DNA of 64,000 nt from Lytechinus pictus (taxonomy: Eukaryota). Location of the stretch: contig NC_087250.1 of the NCBI RefSeq assembly GCF_037042905.1, forward strand, positions 11,224,001-11,288,000. The letters are read 5' to 3'. How positions within the stretch are numbered: the first letter of the stretch is position 1; each line of letters starts with the position of its first letter. The notes beneath the pieces are model-generated. The model was given only the letters and a program-made list of their open reading frames with translations, was not told the DNA's origin and made no database searches. Of this stretch, positions 11,633 through 26,100 are shown piece after piece. Made by a program: the position numbers and the translations under genes.

Positions 11633-12581
11633 TATGCTAAAGATTATGCCTAACCAACCCCTCAAAACACAAAATCATAATGGTTAGTTGCGTGCATTTG
11701 AGTGTCCGAAAGTCCACACACACAGCTTCAACACAGGGAACGGTGGTTTTCATGAACGTATTATTGCAGAAATCCGGGCATATCTTTATAACTATTAATA
11801 ATCTCACACCAGATTGATAATAGTGTAAACAAATTATCTTATTCCATTAATTTGATGTAAATATTATTACGATTATTTCACTATTTACGTCTTGCTGTTC
11901 ATTTGAAAGTGTCCATGTTCACAACTCTTGCTATAGCAAACGGTCTGAAGACCATATTTTCGAGATACGGGCACCTTTGTTTATCCCACTAAAAAAGGTC
12001 GAGATTGATTGTCATCTCAATGCTAAAAAGATTACCTACAGTTTGATGTATAATACTTTATGACTAGTATAATGGTTACATCTCATTTTTCTCTCAAACT
12101 TTGAAATCGAGCAGGCAGAACGCGGCATATTTCTGTATACAACGTCACGTGGCTAACGTATGATAGTTTCCTTTCCTAGACCCTTTTCATTTGAAACAAT
12201 TAATACAGTCCTAACAAACTTAACAATGTTCTTGTACTATAAAGCTTTGCCTACTGATATTAATAATATAGCTACAGTTTGAAGAAGCAAATATCGAGTA
12301 CGAAATTGATTTTGATTTGCAATAGGGTCTGCGTAAGTATACTATATGCTAGCAGGCTAGGATCGTCTGCTACGTAAACCAAATGAGCGAACATGACCGA
12401 AACTAACCATTATGTGGAGGAAATCACTTCAGAATGTCAGACCACCTAATATGCAATGCGTATTTTCATTGCAAGTCCTACATGTCGAGGAAATAAATGA
12501 GCACGATATTCCAATGGCTTTATAGAACAAACTTCAAAATAGAACTAAGCATATTTTTATGGGTAAAAACTCAAATGTTAC

Positions 12582-12732
12582 CTGTTAAGTTCATGGTAAT
12601 CAGGATCTCCTTTGTTGTGCTTTGTTCCAAAATAAAAGTGACAATCATCTGGTCATCCCTTGCGTTACTGGTATCCACTTTGAACATCACTCTATGGTCT
12701 GTCAAATGGCGTACATCGCTTTTTTCGATAGT
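12582..12732 (-). CDS. Internal coding exon (151 nt, phase 0/1), end of UPA-like region
   Basis: Acceptor tttcccatattttgtag| and donor taacag|gtaaca. Stop-free translation TIEKSDVRHLTDHRVMFKVDTSNARDDQMIVTFILEQSTTKEILITMNLT has a beta-strand-like alternation. Not in the ORF track. Confidence 0.8.
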
Positions 12733-13254
12733 CTACAAAATATGGGAAATACAAAAAAAGTGAACGACGTTTTTGGCGACCCAAGGCCTTGCATTCTCAA
12801 TCGTTAAAAGAGCCAAGTTACAAATTGCTACCGAACTACTCCAAGGGACCCATCAAACATACGAACGAGGTGGATTAGGCAACTTTACTGCAGTTGAGTC
12901 GTTTGTGTTTAAATACATTGACATAAAATTACTTCCACACGGTTCACCTGTTGAACAAGAGTACTCCAGGGTGACCAGAATTGGCAGTCGAAATACGGGA
13001 AACTGTTATGCCTATGGTGTAATAAGCCCGTGACCGAGCAAACTTTTTGACATTCATAGAGATGATAGGTATGTCGATCATTAATAAATCGACCCAAGAA
13101 GAGGACAAATCGTGAGCCCATTTTTTTAATATCAAGATCTTCAAAATTTATATTTTAAGCAGTTCTTGTGATCATAAACACTGTGCATAATATCTTAACA
13201 ATCAATACGAGCCGAAAGCGTCAGCAGAAACTATGCGTATACATGTATAACTGA

Positions 13255-13512
13255 ACGGTGAACCGGCAAATGCTCCGCCGATTTTTGCTTCATCGACATT
13301 TGCTCCGCCGATATTTTCTATGCCGACAATTGCTCCGTCGCTATTTGCTCCACCATTATTTGTTCCACCAACAATTATTTCGCCGATAAATGATCAACCG
13401 ACAATTGCTCCGGGACAATTGCTCCGCCGACATTTGCTCCGCAAAATGCGACAATTCACCAACATTTGACATGTTTGATCCGCATAATGCGTCAATCGCT
13501 CCACCGACATGA
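13255..13512 (+). repeat. Short diverged tandem repeat (gaca(a/t)ttgctccgcc-like), probably the subterminal array of a DNA element
   Basis: ttgctcc(g/a)cc recurs about ten times. Confidence 0.75.
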
Positions 13513-15085
13513 CCAATTAGATTTGGACCTGGAACATCATTGTTATTTATCAAAGGGGTACTCCGGGCTAACTTGTTTATATCAATTTAATATGGAGTAG
13601 ATTAAGGCAAGATTTAAAAAGTTTCTTAAAAATAAAACAAAACGAATCTGAACGAAATAATTCTTTGATTTCTTTTTTTTTAAATTACAAATAAAGACAA
13701 AAAAAAGAAGAAAAACAATATTTTCTAATCTAAACAATTAAAGGTTAAATTTAGTTTGGATTCAAGCAATCTTGAACGTACAGCTTTTGTAATACGCTGT
13801 TTAATATTTTATACAACGCTGTAGTACATATTAAACAACCATGCTCGATTTATTGAAAATTTGAAATGTTGCAACTTTGTTATTTCGGATTTTAAACACT
13901 TTTTAATATTGTTAAAGAAGAGAACTTTCAAGTCAATATATTGAAGTATGTTGTAAATATTATATAAACAAAATCAAATAGCGTTTCTATTGTGTAAATA
14001 TTCATTATTCTTGAACTCAAAATAAACTAAAATCAAATTAACATTTCTATTTTTGATGAACTATAAAACAAAACAACATTATTACTGTTACAACAGGCCT
14101 TAAAATTGTTGCAAGTCGAGATTTTCTCCAAGGTAAATTGAGGATAATGCCTTGAATTTAATAAAACACAGGGAAATATCAATTTAAGGACGTTCAACAG
14201 TTAAAATGAAGTCCATGTCATTTTCACAAAATTTAGCAAAGAGTTACTTTGGTATCTATGCATTATGAAAATGCAAAAAAATAATATAGGTTCATGCGCT
14301 TATTTTTTTTCGACGGGACTTCATAGTCGCCGCATTTGAATGATGTGCAATCTTGCGCAATCAAGATAATTATGCCTCTCTCAGACCTCACGAATTCACC
14401 AAATGAGTTTAAATCTTTACACAGTGGATACCGCATCAAATTTTCAAGATATATAACAAATTGTATACCAAAGTAAGAGAAAGTTTATTAAATGGTAAAA
14501 CTATATCTATTTGGAGACAGCAGCGTCCTCATTTGGCAAGAATGGTGCAAAAACTCGGAAAAAACAAATCTTCAAAGACGTGAATCTACTCAAATATTAA
14601 AAAAGTATTTTGTAAGCTGCACTTTTTTCGAAATCCATATCATTTTCATCAAATTTGGCAAAACTGTAGCGGAATGTATAAGGAAGATGTAGGGAAGTTA
14701 AAACTATAGGGTCCATGTGCTCGTTTTTTAACTAGGCACACAGCTAAACAAGCCATATACAGAGCGGAAGTGCTCTGTATTCATGGTATTCTAACCCCTG
14801 TGGAAATAATTGTTGGCAGGGGCCGGGTGCTGCAATCGTTCATAAACTCTTTCGTCGTCGCATTGGGATGGCCTAGCGCTGGCCTGGTGCTGATAAGAAC
14901 AGCACCAAAATATGCTATTTCAGCCCACGCCAATCATAAACTTTAAAAAATACGACTTAGACTTGGACTGGTCCGGACCAGCGAGCGACTGAACGGGGTA
15001 TAAATTAACTAAACTTAACAATGGGACATTCGTAAGTAAATTGTCATAATCATATATAAATGAGATCTATTCATGCGAAAGTTAC

Positions 15086-15196
15086 CATTGGTGTCTCTCC
15101 TTTGGTGCTTTCCGGACAACAAATCTTCAGACTGCCAGAACTCCACTTAAAGAAGAATTGCTCTCCTTTGAGGGGAGCTATATAACCACGCGCGTC
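15086..15196 (-). CDS. Internal coding exon (111 nt, phase 0/0), UPA-like region
   Basis: Acceptor cacttttttttccccag| and donor ccaatg|gtaact. Translation DARGYIAPLKGEQFFFKWSSGSLKICCPESTKGETPM is in frame with the flanking exons. Confidence 0.82.
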
Positions 15197-16799
15197 CTGG
15201 GGAAAAAAAAGTGTTTGATTTATTATTTTTTGGTGCGTGTGCGTATTTTCATTTTCTTTAAAACAGATAACGGCTATTAAAGCACATCCAATTCCCACAT
15301 GGTCTTAAATTTACAAAAGTGAAAGAAAGAAATAATTACATTCGGTAAAATTTATGAAAACATTTAATAAAGGTCGAACTGTATATGCATGCTTATATTG
15401 TTATCTAATTTATGCATTTAGGGCTGATAGTTTTTTTTTATAACATTTAGCAATAAAGATTTGTTGATACCAAGATGAATAGCCTTCTTTTACGCGTTAT
15501 TACTATATTGTAACAGAGACAGATTTTAGTCTAATCTCTAAAAAATGTAACATGGAGAAAAAAATATATGTCATAAAAAACTTTTTTTTTAGTTACAGAG
15601 ACATTAAAACATGATGTATACATCTAAGCAGCAATGGAAATGCTCACCTGAGATTTGAACTCAAGTCAGGGCCCTGGAAAATATTTTTTTTCAGTGGGAG
15701 TGCTGACATGGGCTAAAATCTCTCCTCAAATGTTGGGGGGGGGGCACAATTCAGTTCTCAAAATAATTTTATATACACACACACATGCAAGGACACTCTC
15801 CACACACACACCCCACATATGTGTGTGTGTGTACATGAGAGTCACTTCTTAGCTTTATTCTTACAAAGGAACATAGATATTTAATTAATTGTGCGAGCGC
15901 GAAGCACAAGCTACACATTTTGGAAATTTATTGCATTTTGTTCTGAAAATTGAACATTTTGAGCAATGTTTGTAATCCTGAACAAGCATGCAAGTATGCA
16001 ACAAATAATTATTGAGAGCGCGATTAGCGCGAGTAGATACTTTTAATATTCGTTCTGGCCTTATCGAAATGAGACCTGTTCATGAATTTTGCAGTTACCA
16101 ATGAATTCCATACATATTTCAACATTCGAATAATGCGAGCTCGAAGCACGAGCAGAAAATGTTGACCTTCTGACCTAAACATTGGACATTATGAGCACTT
16201 TTTTGTAATCATGGACCGGAAAGGTATGTAACGACTTATTATAAACACTCGCATCGCGGGTGGGTTCGTAATCACTCGGGTTTCGGATTTTGGGCGATTT
16301 TTTTTTTATTTCGGTGAAATTTTTTTTCTAACGGTGTCTTCAATGGGACAAACACGCTGGGAAAATAAAATAAAATTGAAATGCGAGCTTCGTTTTACGC
16401 CGGCAAGTGCCTTATATAAAATGTACTCGACTAATGTTTTAACACAACAAACAAGCAAATTAGCCATGTGGCTCAACTAACTTAGAATAGATCCGGACTT
16501 CTACTGTGTCCTATACGAGGGCTCCGAGTCGGAACTTGCCATATCTGCGACATCGATATTACATCGCATCATTCATAATATGCGGATATGCCTGCACGCA
16601 ATGGCCCCAAGGCGGAACCCGACCGCGGTCGGACACGACGTGCATTGGTAGCATGGAGCAAGCTAACGTGAGTCGAGCCGAGGTAGATCCAACATACGTT
16701 ATACAGTGCCAGTCAGTCCGCAGCCCGTCCGAAAGTATTTTATTCAGCGGTATGCATAGCCATCCGTGGTGTAATGCATATACGTAATGATCTGTGAAT

Positions 16800-19351
16800 A
16801 CGATCTTTCCGATCGGCGTTTTAAAATGTTGCTCTTAGAATTGTCAATTTCTCATAAAATTTGTCTAATGTTTTAGATGAAAGGGCCATATCGTGTTTTA
16901 AGTAACTGGAGACCTAAACAATGCCTCACCTAAAATTCTTTCTCTCTCTGTCTCTCCTACCTTCCGAAATTAAAACACTCCCTCGGACACAGTTTAGACG
17001 CAGGACAAATAATGCTCTGACAACCAATCTAACTTCTCATCAGCATCAGTAAAAATGTGAATGGGCCTTTAAATTAATACTAAAACTGATCTAAAATTGA
17101 ACTTAAATCGATTTTGAAATCGATTTTAAAATAAATTTTAAAATCGTTAATTTTACCTGTCCTAATTATTCCATCAACCCCTCTGTTCACTCCTCTTCAA
17201 ACCCACTCTGCCACTTTTAGACAGTTATAATTCTAAAATCGTATCTTAAATTGATTTTAAAAGCTCAAAATTTTTTTAAGACAGTTGGCTAGCCACGCAC
17301 CTTGTCAATCCCTATTATTTTCTCCTAAAAAACATTACAATTCCATAGACGGAGCCCTAAAGGAGGACTAAATAATAAGGATTGACAAGGCGATATCGTG
17401 GCTAGCCAACTGTCTTAGAAATGTTTGAGCTTTTAAAACCAATTTGAAATACGATTTTACAATCGATTGTAAAATTGATTTCAAATCGATTTTATAATCA
17501 ATTTGATATTCATAATCAACTGAATTGTTCCATCAACCCCTCTTTTCCCTTCAAAACCACTCTGCCACTTTCAGACAGTTGGCTAGCAACGATATCGCCT
17601 TGTCAATCCTTATTATTTAGTCCTCCTTTACGGCGCCGTCTATGGGATTTTAATGTTTTTTAATACAGGGAGAGCCCTAAAGGAGGAGTAAGTAATATGG
17701 ATTGAAAGGCGATATCGTGGCTAGCCAACTGTCTTAAATTTACGTTTGAGCTTTTAAAATCGATTTAAAATACGATTTTTTAATCGATTTTAAAATTATA
17801 ACTGTCTAAAAGTGGCAGAGTGGTTTTGAAGAGGACTCAGAGTAATGTTGTAAATCGGATAAAAAGTCAGATCGAAAATCGGATCGGCAGTTAAGCTTCT
17901 AAAATCGAAATTCGAATCGGCGATGTTTAAAAACAAAGGAATAGATCAAAATTTTGTTCGCGGTCGCGCGCATCTTCCTGACAAAGTCACAAAGACGAAT
18001 GCATTGGAATGGAAGTCGCCAACATGTGCGATCGTTTGGAAAATGTTTTAAAGGGGTATTGAGGTGTTTTTAAATAAACAGACTGATTTTTAATAGAAAG
18101 ATAAACGAAAGACGCATCTTCCGAGAAAAGTCGCAAAGGAAAATAAAATCAAAATAAATCTCATAGATTACAGGTTAATGAAAGATCGGCGGGACATCTT
18201 TTATAAGCATTTTTAGGGTGCTAGCGATTTAGAATTATTGGAATGATCTCTTGATCTCGTACGACGCATCATCTTAAAGTCGCAAGTGCAATCAAAATGT
18301 ATAGAAGTCGCAAGCACGCGCGATGATTCGGAACATGTTATTAAAATGCTTTGGGGAGCTAGCGTTTTCAAATCAATTTATTACTATTTTGAGAAATGAA
18401 CTTTTGATATCCAAGAAAAAAATATAAAAGAAGCATCTCCCGATGAAGTTGCAAAGACAAATCTTGAACGATGTAAGAGAGTAACGTTATGAACTCCGTC
18501 AGTAGTACGATCTGTAAAAGTTCACGGTGGGGTCCGCTATCACCACGAGGTTGAAGAGAAGTTGTATATCATCATAAAGGAGGTAAGAGAGTAGCGCAGT
18601 GATGTCCGTCGGTAATACGACCTTTCAAAGTTCACGGCGGCGTCCGCTATCAACACGAGGTTGAAGAGAAGATATCTATCCTCGTAAACATCGCCAGAGA
18701 TACATGTAATACCGCGTCTTTCTCCTTGATTAATGCGACCTCTAAATAGCTAGCACCTCAAAAAAAAGCTTGAAATATGTTTTGAACGATCACGCACTGT
18801 ATCTAGATCTACGCCGATTTTTTCCTTCAAGGGGCGTGATCAAAGATCGGCGGTGATCGCCGATTGTGGTAAAATCGGGAGCCGATTTTAAAATCGGTTA
18901 ATTAGAACAGTACAAATACGATTTTCAAAATCAATTTTAAATCGATCTAAGATCAATTTTAGATCAGTTTTAGTATTATTCTTAAAAGCTCATTCACATT
19001 TTTACTGATGCTGACGAGAAGTTAGTTCGATTGTCAGAGCATTATTTGTCCTGCGTCTAAATAACTGTGTCCGATCGAGGGACTGTTTTGATTTCGGAAA
19101 GGTAGGAGAGACAGACAGAGAGAAAGACTGATCCCGTTCAGCTCAACGTATACGTTTCGCGCGCGAGCACAAAGAAGATTAATCAAGCACATCACCTAAT
19201 GCAATGTATCGAAAATTTAGGTAGGTAATTTTTTAGGTCTCCAGTTACTTAAAACACGATATGGCCATTTTATCTATAAGATAATACACATTTTATGAGA
19301 AATGGACACTAATTAAGAGCAACATATTAAAACGCCTATCGGAAAGATCGT
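16800..19351. repeat. Second long inverted repeat (arms ~350-450 bp) nested in the long-TIR element, containing further palindromes
   Basis: acgatctttccgatcggcgttttaaaatgttgctctta at 16800 mirrors taagagcaacatattaaaacgcctatcggaaagatcgt ending at 19351. An inner inverted pair lies at ~17190-17300 / ~17715-17835. Confidence 0.88.
18472..18675 (+). repeat. Two diverged ~110-bp tandem copies
   Basis: gtaagagagta...aagttcacgg...tccgctatca.cacgaggttgaagagaag occurs at ~18473 and ~18583. Confidence 0.8.
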
Positions 19352-20026
19352 CCTCTTTGCATGCTGAATTCAACTTTTGGGGAATAATAATTACAATTGT
19401 TTCCATGATATTTTCTTTGAATCAAGATTTCCATTATGAACAATTGATACTGATGATTATTATATAGATGGTGTCCAAGAACTTTTGTCATTTATTAACT
19501 TCTCTAATATGAAGTTAGGGGAGAAAACTAATTATTACGATTGTTGAATTTAATTGTACGAATGTGCAAAATTGCAACATCAGCGTGCAGCCGTCTGTTT
19601 CGAGGAGTGTTTTAAAAATTGTATTTCTCTCGTACACAGACGGCTCGCTATCGTGCAGCCACCATCAGGGGGCTAACAATGCAAAATCACCCAGACGGGG
19701 CTCATCGATATTTGTCTTTATTTCATAAAAATATATGAAAAGAACTGTACCAAAATACAGATTATTATTCCGTTTTGTCCTAAAATGCACAAAAAACGGG
19801 GAAAAATAAACTTAAAAGGGGAAAAACAGTGACTAATTACTTCGGCTGTCGCACAGCTTCACTTCCCTGTTTTATTGGAACTTAATATATAAACATAAGG
19901 CCATTGAGTCCCTGTACAGATCGAGCTAGAACTTTGGTCTCTGTATTGGTGAGTGGAGCCAACGGAGTTCAGCGGAACAACGAACATAACAGAGACCGAA
20001 GCTTTTGGTCTATAATTACGTATATA

Positions 20027-20808
20027 CAGTGCGTCCCACAAAAAACGAAACCGAGATTTATCGATGATTTATCATAATAATCACAGATACAATAGACAAA
20101 TAGACAATACAATAGACAAATGACCTACCATTGTAAAGCTTAAACAATTTGAAGAGGGTATACCAAATAGTCATTGGGCGGGCTGTAGGCCTATCTGGGT
20201 TTCAAAAGGGAAACCACATTTTTAAAAAGTTGGCAATATCTGCTCTTTAATTTCATACCTAAATTACAGAAAATGGACAAGAAATAAAGTTCTGGTTATT
20301 TGAAATAAGGCTTGAATTTCAATAATTTCATAAAATGAAGAGGTTCTACAAGCTAGCGTTCAAACTCACTTGACACTCCGTTTTATTGACGATCAGCCAT
20401 GCAATAAGTCTTTTGTTAACCTTGCGATAGCTTCTGTGGGAAACCAGTGAAAACACGTTCATGTAATGAAATTATGGAAATACAAGCATTGATTCGAGAG
20501 AACATAACTTTTTTACTTCTTGACCATTTTGTTGTGATTAAGGTATCAAATAAAAGAGCAGATATTGATCTTTTTAGGCATGTGACTTTCTTTTTGAAAT
20601 TCAGATACCCCCGCCAAATGAGTTTTTTGTATCCTTTCTTCAAACTGATTTTGCTCGCTCATGCGAGAATGAGGAATAATCTTAGTAATATCAGATGAAA
20701 GAGGAGATTCTGAGCTTTACATTGGTAGGTCATTTGTCTATTTTATTTATTATTAAGTTATGATAAATCATCGCTTAATCTCGGTTTCGTTTTTTCTGGG
20801 ACGCACTG
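20027..20808. mobile_element. Tc1/mariner-type MITE
   Basis: TA|cagtgcgtcccacaaaaaacgaaaccgagatt ... aatctcggtttcgttttttctgggacgcactg|TA. It is inserted at the inner edge of the host's right TIR. Confidence 0.92.
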
Positions 20809-23164
20809 TATATATGCATAAAACCACGGATGGCTGGCTATGCATACCGCTGAATAAAATACTTTTGGACGGGCTGCGGACTGACTGGCACTGTATAACG
20901 TACGTTGGATCTACCTCGGCTCGACGTTAGCTTGTTCCATGCTACCGATGCACGTCGTGTCCGACCGCGGCCGGGTCCCGCCTTGGGGCCATTGCGTGCA
21001 GACATATCCGCATATATGAATGATGCGATGTAATATTGATGTGGCAGATATGGCAAGTTCCGACTCGGAGCCCTCGTATAGGACACAGTAGAAGTCCGGA
21101 TCTATTATAAGTTAGTTGAGCCACATGGCTAATTTGCTTGTTTGTTGTGTTAAAACAGTAGTCGATTACATTTTATTTAAGGCACTTGCCGGCGTAAAAC
21201 GAGGCTCGCATTTCATTTTTATTTTATTTTCCCAGCGTGTTTGTCCCATTGAAGACACCGTTATAAAAAAAAATCGCACCGAAATAAAACAAAAAATCCA
21301 AAACCCGAGTGATTACGAACCCACCCGCGACGCGAGCGTTTATAATAAGCCTATGTAACTATTCATATTGAGATTTCAGACCTTAAAACGGGACATTCTA
21401 AGCACTTTTCTTATTAACAGGATATGTATTATACCTTAAAATCGACGCGAACGCGAAGCGCGAGCGGAGACAAAATTGATATTTCAGACCTCAAAACGGA
21501 ACACTCTATTCATGTTTTGTAAATCACGAATAGAATGGGCTATTGGGTATCTTCCTACATTAATAATTTGACCGCGAAGCGTGAGCCTAATTAAGCACGT
21601 TTAAATACAAAAACAAGATGCGTATCGGAAATATTTAGATTTTTACCTAGAATCTGGGCATTTTGAATACATTATTTAATTATGAAAATCAGTAATTCGA
21701 GTTCGAAGCGCGAGCTGAAAATATTTGATATTCCGATCTGAAAACGGATGAATTTAAACACTATTTCAAGCACTGTGTAGGAAAATTCTGAACTGGGGGG
21801 GGGGGGGGGGGGCTACAAGCGTCGTTCATTTTCATTACATTTCTGTCATTCATCATACCTACTATATTTCAAGGGGGTGCTGCTTATGAAAAATAACTCA
21901 CGCATCACCCCTTCCCCCAGCACCCAGCTTCCCAGGGCCATGCCTCAAGTCAGGACACTTAAAGTCACCTGACCAGAAGTCATGTTCGTGTTTTTTTTTT
22001 CGATGTCGGAGAGTACTATATACCTTCTCGTCGAAAGTAATTACGGTAGGGGAGGGTAGTCGCGTATTAGAACAGCCACTTCGTGCCTACTATACGAGTT
22101 GTGTAAGGAGGGGAAAAAATGTATATTGCATTTGGTAATTGAAGGCGGGGGAGAGATCGAGGAGGGGACACACAAACACAAAAGTACCCTTATTTTCTAT
22201 CGGTATATATATCATTGGCGTGCATAATTATATACATACAGTCATACATGCGCACATCGTCTCAGTAGATGATGAATAGGCATATACATAGAAAAAAAAA
22301 CGATAGCTGTTGAAAGTGTAGTTTTATGCTAGGACAAAATAAATATTTTTAAATAATGAAATAACAAAATGCTTTGTGTTGTTTTCCCTTTTTGTTGACC
22401 AAATTTTCATGAATGTGATAATGGTTTTAGGCCCTTTACATAATATACGCTGATTCAGACATCTTATTAAGTGCACAGACAGGCCTACTACTTTTGGGGC
22501 TTGGGAGTGATGTCCTTCTCCTCCAAGTCTCTCATTTTTTAATGTTCTTTTTCGGTGAAAATTTCTGGTGTATTTATCAAGTTAAAAAAATGCATGGTGA
22601 AGAAGACATTGTAGATATTGAAAATGAAATTGTACTTTAAAGGTGATTTAAAACAAAGTAGGCCTCGTTGTCCCTGTATCAGAATAAGCATACATGTATA
22701 TATCCCCTCACACATAATTATGTTACTACGCAGATTCAGCCAATATTGGAAAAAATACATGAGGCGTGTAATCTAAACGCTTCATATAATCCACTGCAAG
22801 TCATGACATAGTATTTTATGGTGACTAGAGGTTATTGTTATTGTATTTCCGTTACTTCAAGTTGAAATGGCACATATAGATTTACATGATTAGATAACAT
22901 ATTGCCTTATCTCATTTGTTTCGTATGTTTCTTTTATTTTTTTGGTTTAGGGGAAGGGTAGTGAGTAATGACAATTAACAAGTAATGGCATGGTTCTGAA
23001 AGGTCACTTGAAGTCATTGTTGCTCATGTTATATCCTTAAAGTTGTGATGGCCATGGATGCTATGGCTAACGTTTGGGGTTTCAACGAGGCGTGTGATTA
23101 TATTCCTTCATAAAATCAATACATGTTCTCGTAGAATGACTTGTGACTTAGAATGACTTTGTTT

Positions 23165-26100
23165 TGTGTTAAGATGGGGTCTTTTTTCCAGACCCGGTTG
23201 TTTCAAAAATTATAATATAAGTCCAAAGTCTTTTTCCAGACCCGGTTGTTTCAAAAACTATAATATAAGTCCAAACTAAGAAACGATGATATTCCAGTGG
23301 AATAAAAATGAGAATCAAGCTTAGTCTTTTCTCCAGACCCAGTTAATTAAGATTGGTGGAATAAATGTATTTGTTGTTGTTTTAACTTATATGGCGCATA
23401 TTGTGAATATATGCGCTAAGAGTAAATTGAGAATCGAGTGTAGTCTTTTCTCCAGACCTGGTTACTTAAAACTAAAAACTAAAACCCTTTACCCACAAAT
23501 GTTTTAAATTTGAAGGGATTTTTGGCGAATCTGATCTAAACTAAAACCCTATAGTAATGCGTTCATAGAGCGCAACGTTACAGTCTTTTTTCTCCAGTCC
23601 CGGTTATATAAAACATTTAAACAATCTTCCAAATAAAGATCCCAAAATTAATTCTTCTCAATGTTGAATAACATAGAAGTTCAGTGTAGTCTTTCATCCA
23701 GACCCAAATATTTCAAATAGCAAATAAAAAATGATAAATAATAATAATAAAAAAACAAAGCCCCACGATCTTATTAATGTTGACCTAAATGTAAATATAG
23801 CATAGTCTTTCCTCCAGACCCAGTTATAAAAAGATCATTAAAAAAACAAAACAACAACAACTACCAAAACAGACCCCGCAATATTTTCAACATTGAATAG
23901 CATTGATATATGGTGTAGTCTTCATTCCAGCCCCGGTTATTTCGAAATAGCAAATCATAAAGAACAATATTAACAAAGACCCCACAATCTTATTGATGCT
24001 GAATAACTTGGAAATATAGCGTAGTCTTTCTTCAAGACCCGGTTATTTTGAAATAACAAATCATAAAAAAGATATACAATAATAAATCAAAGACCCCACA
24101 ATCTTAATGATGATGAATAACATGGAAATATAGCGTAGTCTTCCCTCCATACCTACTTATTTAAAAATTACAAATCATTTTTTAAAGAGTCAAAAAGTAA
24201 CAAAGACCCCCACTTTCTTATTATTGGTTATATTACATGGAAATATAGCGTAGTCTTTCATCCAGACCTAGATCTTTCGAATAACAAATGATGAATAATA
24301 ATAATAAATTAATAATAATAATAAAAACAAACAAAGTCCCGCGATCCTATTTATGTTGAATATCATGGAAATATAGCGTAGTCTTTCTTCCAGACACAGA
24401 TATAAAAATCATTAAAAACACAACAACAACAAAACAAAGATCCTGCAATCTAATCAACATTGAATAGCATGGAAATATTGTGTGGTCTTTGTTCCAGACC
24501 CAGTTATTTCAAAATAGGAAATTTTAAGAAACAATAAAAACAAATAAACATTATTAACAAATAACCCACAATATAATTGATGTGGAATAACGTTGTTGTT
24601 GTTGTTGTTATCTTGGGTTTTAAGGCGCATATCATTCAGATATGAATATTTACCTCTATGATTAATTTGTCGTTTTTGTGGTATGTGTTATCACAAGCTT
24701 TTTATAGTTTGGAAGATGCTGAAGTAAAAGTTTTAAGATTAATGCTTAATTTGTATTTTTAAGATAGCTGGGTGTGGGGTAAAGAGATCACTCTTAACCC
24801 AAGCATTTTAACTAGGTTTAATTTTGAAGATTGGTCTCAGCTTTGATTTTTTTTTCAATATTTGCTTATCTTTAAATAACCGGGTCTAGACGAAAGACTA
24901 AGCATAATGCCCGTATTATTCCACAAGAATAAGAATATGAAAAAGTCTTATGTTTTTAAGATTGTTTAAATCATTTTTTTAATGGCTCGGTCTGGAATAA
25001 AGACAACGCTCTAAACACGTGCTTTTCTGCATGGTCTTAATGTGGTGGATTGTTGGTTCTTAGATTCGTTGTTGGGGGTTGGGTTTAATTGCTTTTTCAT
25101 TCTTGAAATAACTGTGTCTGGAGGAAAGTCTACAATCGATCTTCATGTTATTCCACAGTAATTGGATTATTAAGTATTCGTTTTAGAATATTTGTAAAAA
25201 CTTTTTTTTTCAAATAATAACCAAGTCTGGAGAAAGGATGTTTGCTTTACCCATGCATTATTACCATTTTTTGTAGGGGTCTTAGTATTATTTAAAAAAA
25301 ACTGGGTGTGGGGTAAAGACATATTTTTTTACTTGGTGTAATTTTTGAAGATTGGTCGTAGAATTGAAGTTTTTTTATTCATTTTTTAAATAACCGGGTC
25401 TGGAGGAAAGAACACGTTTTAAAACTCGTGTTATTCCACAAGAATAAGAATATGATAGGGTCTTACGTTAGAAGAATTTTTTGTATTTTTTTTATGATTA
25501 GGTCTGGAATAAATACAACGCTCAAAACCTCTTTTTAAAACAGGTTCTTAGGTTAAAGGATTGTTTGGTCTTAGATTTTGAGTATTTTTATTATTACTAT
25601 TAGCGTTATTAAAAAAAATTACTGGGTCTGGCTGAAAGACTACGCTATATGTCCATGTTATCCGCGTTAATAAGATTATGGACTCTTTATACTGTTTTTG
25701 TTGTTGTTTTATCGTTATTTATAATTTTGGAATAACAGGGTTTGGAGAAGAGACTAATCGCGATTTTCATTTTTATTCCACCGCAATATCATTACAGTAT
25801 CTTAGTTTGGACTTATATTAATATGATAGGGTCTTACGTTAGAAGATTTTTTTTGTAATTTTTTTTATGATTCGGTCTGGAATAAAGACAACGCTCAAAA
25901 CCTCTTTTTAAAATAGGTTCTTAGGTTGAAGGATTGTTTGGTCTTAGATTTTGAGTTTTTTTTATTATTACTATTAGCGTAAAAAAAAAAATAATAACTG
26001 GGTCTGGCTGAAAGACAGGGGTGTTTATACTGTTTTTGTTGTTGTTGTATCGTTATTTATAATTTTGGAATAACAGGGTTTGAAGAAGAGACAAATCTCG

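Larger units (their letters stand above)
16233..21351. mobile_element. Long-TIR (~550 bp) non-autonomous element with 8-bp TSD (MULE/Merlin/foldback-like; superfamily not determined)
   Basis: 16233-~16787 is the reverse complement of ~20810-21351 (mirrored ORFs 16506+ and 21086-). Termini g(a/g)cttattataaac. Perfect TSD tatgtaac (16225-16232, 21352-21359). Confidence 0.92.
15667..21942 (+). mobile_element. Non-autonomous hAT-type transposon (copy 2, same family as 3716-6461), split by a 5.1-kb insertion
   Basis: TIRs cagggccctggaaa / ttcccagggccatg. 8-bp TSD actcaagt / cctcaagt (7 of 8 match). Colinear similarity with copy 1 on both sides of the insert. Confidence 0.9.

Noticed and set aside
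16506..21124. Mirror-image ORFs MSYTRAPSRNLPYL...
   Set aside because: They lie in the two TIRs and diverge by frameshift, with no recognisable domain.
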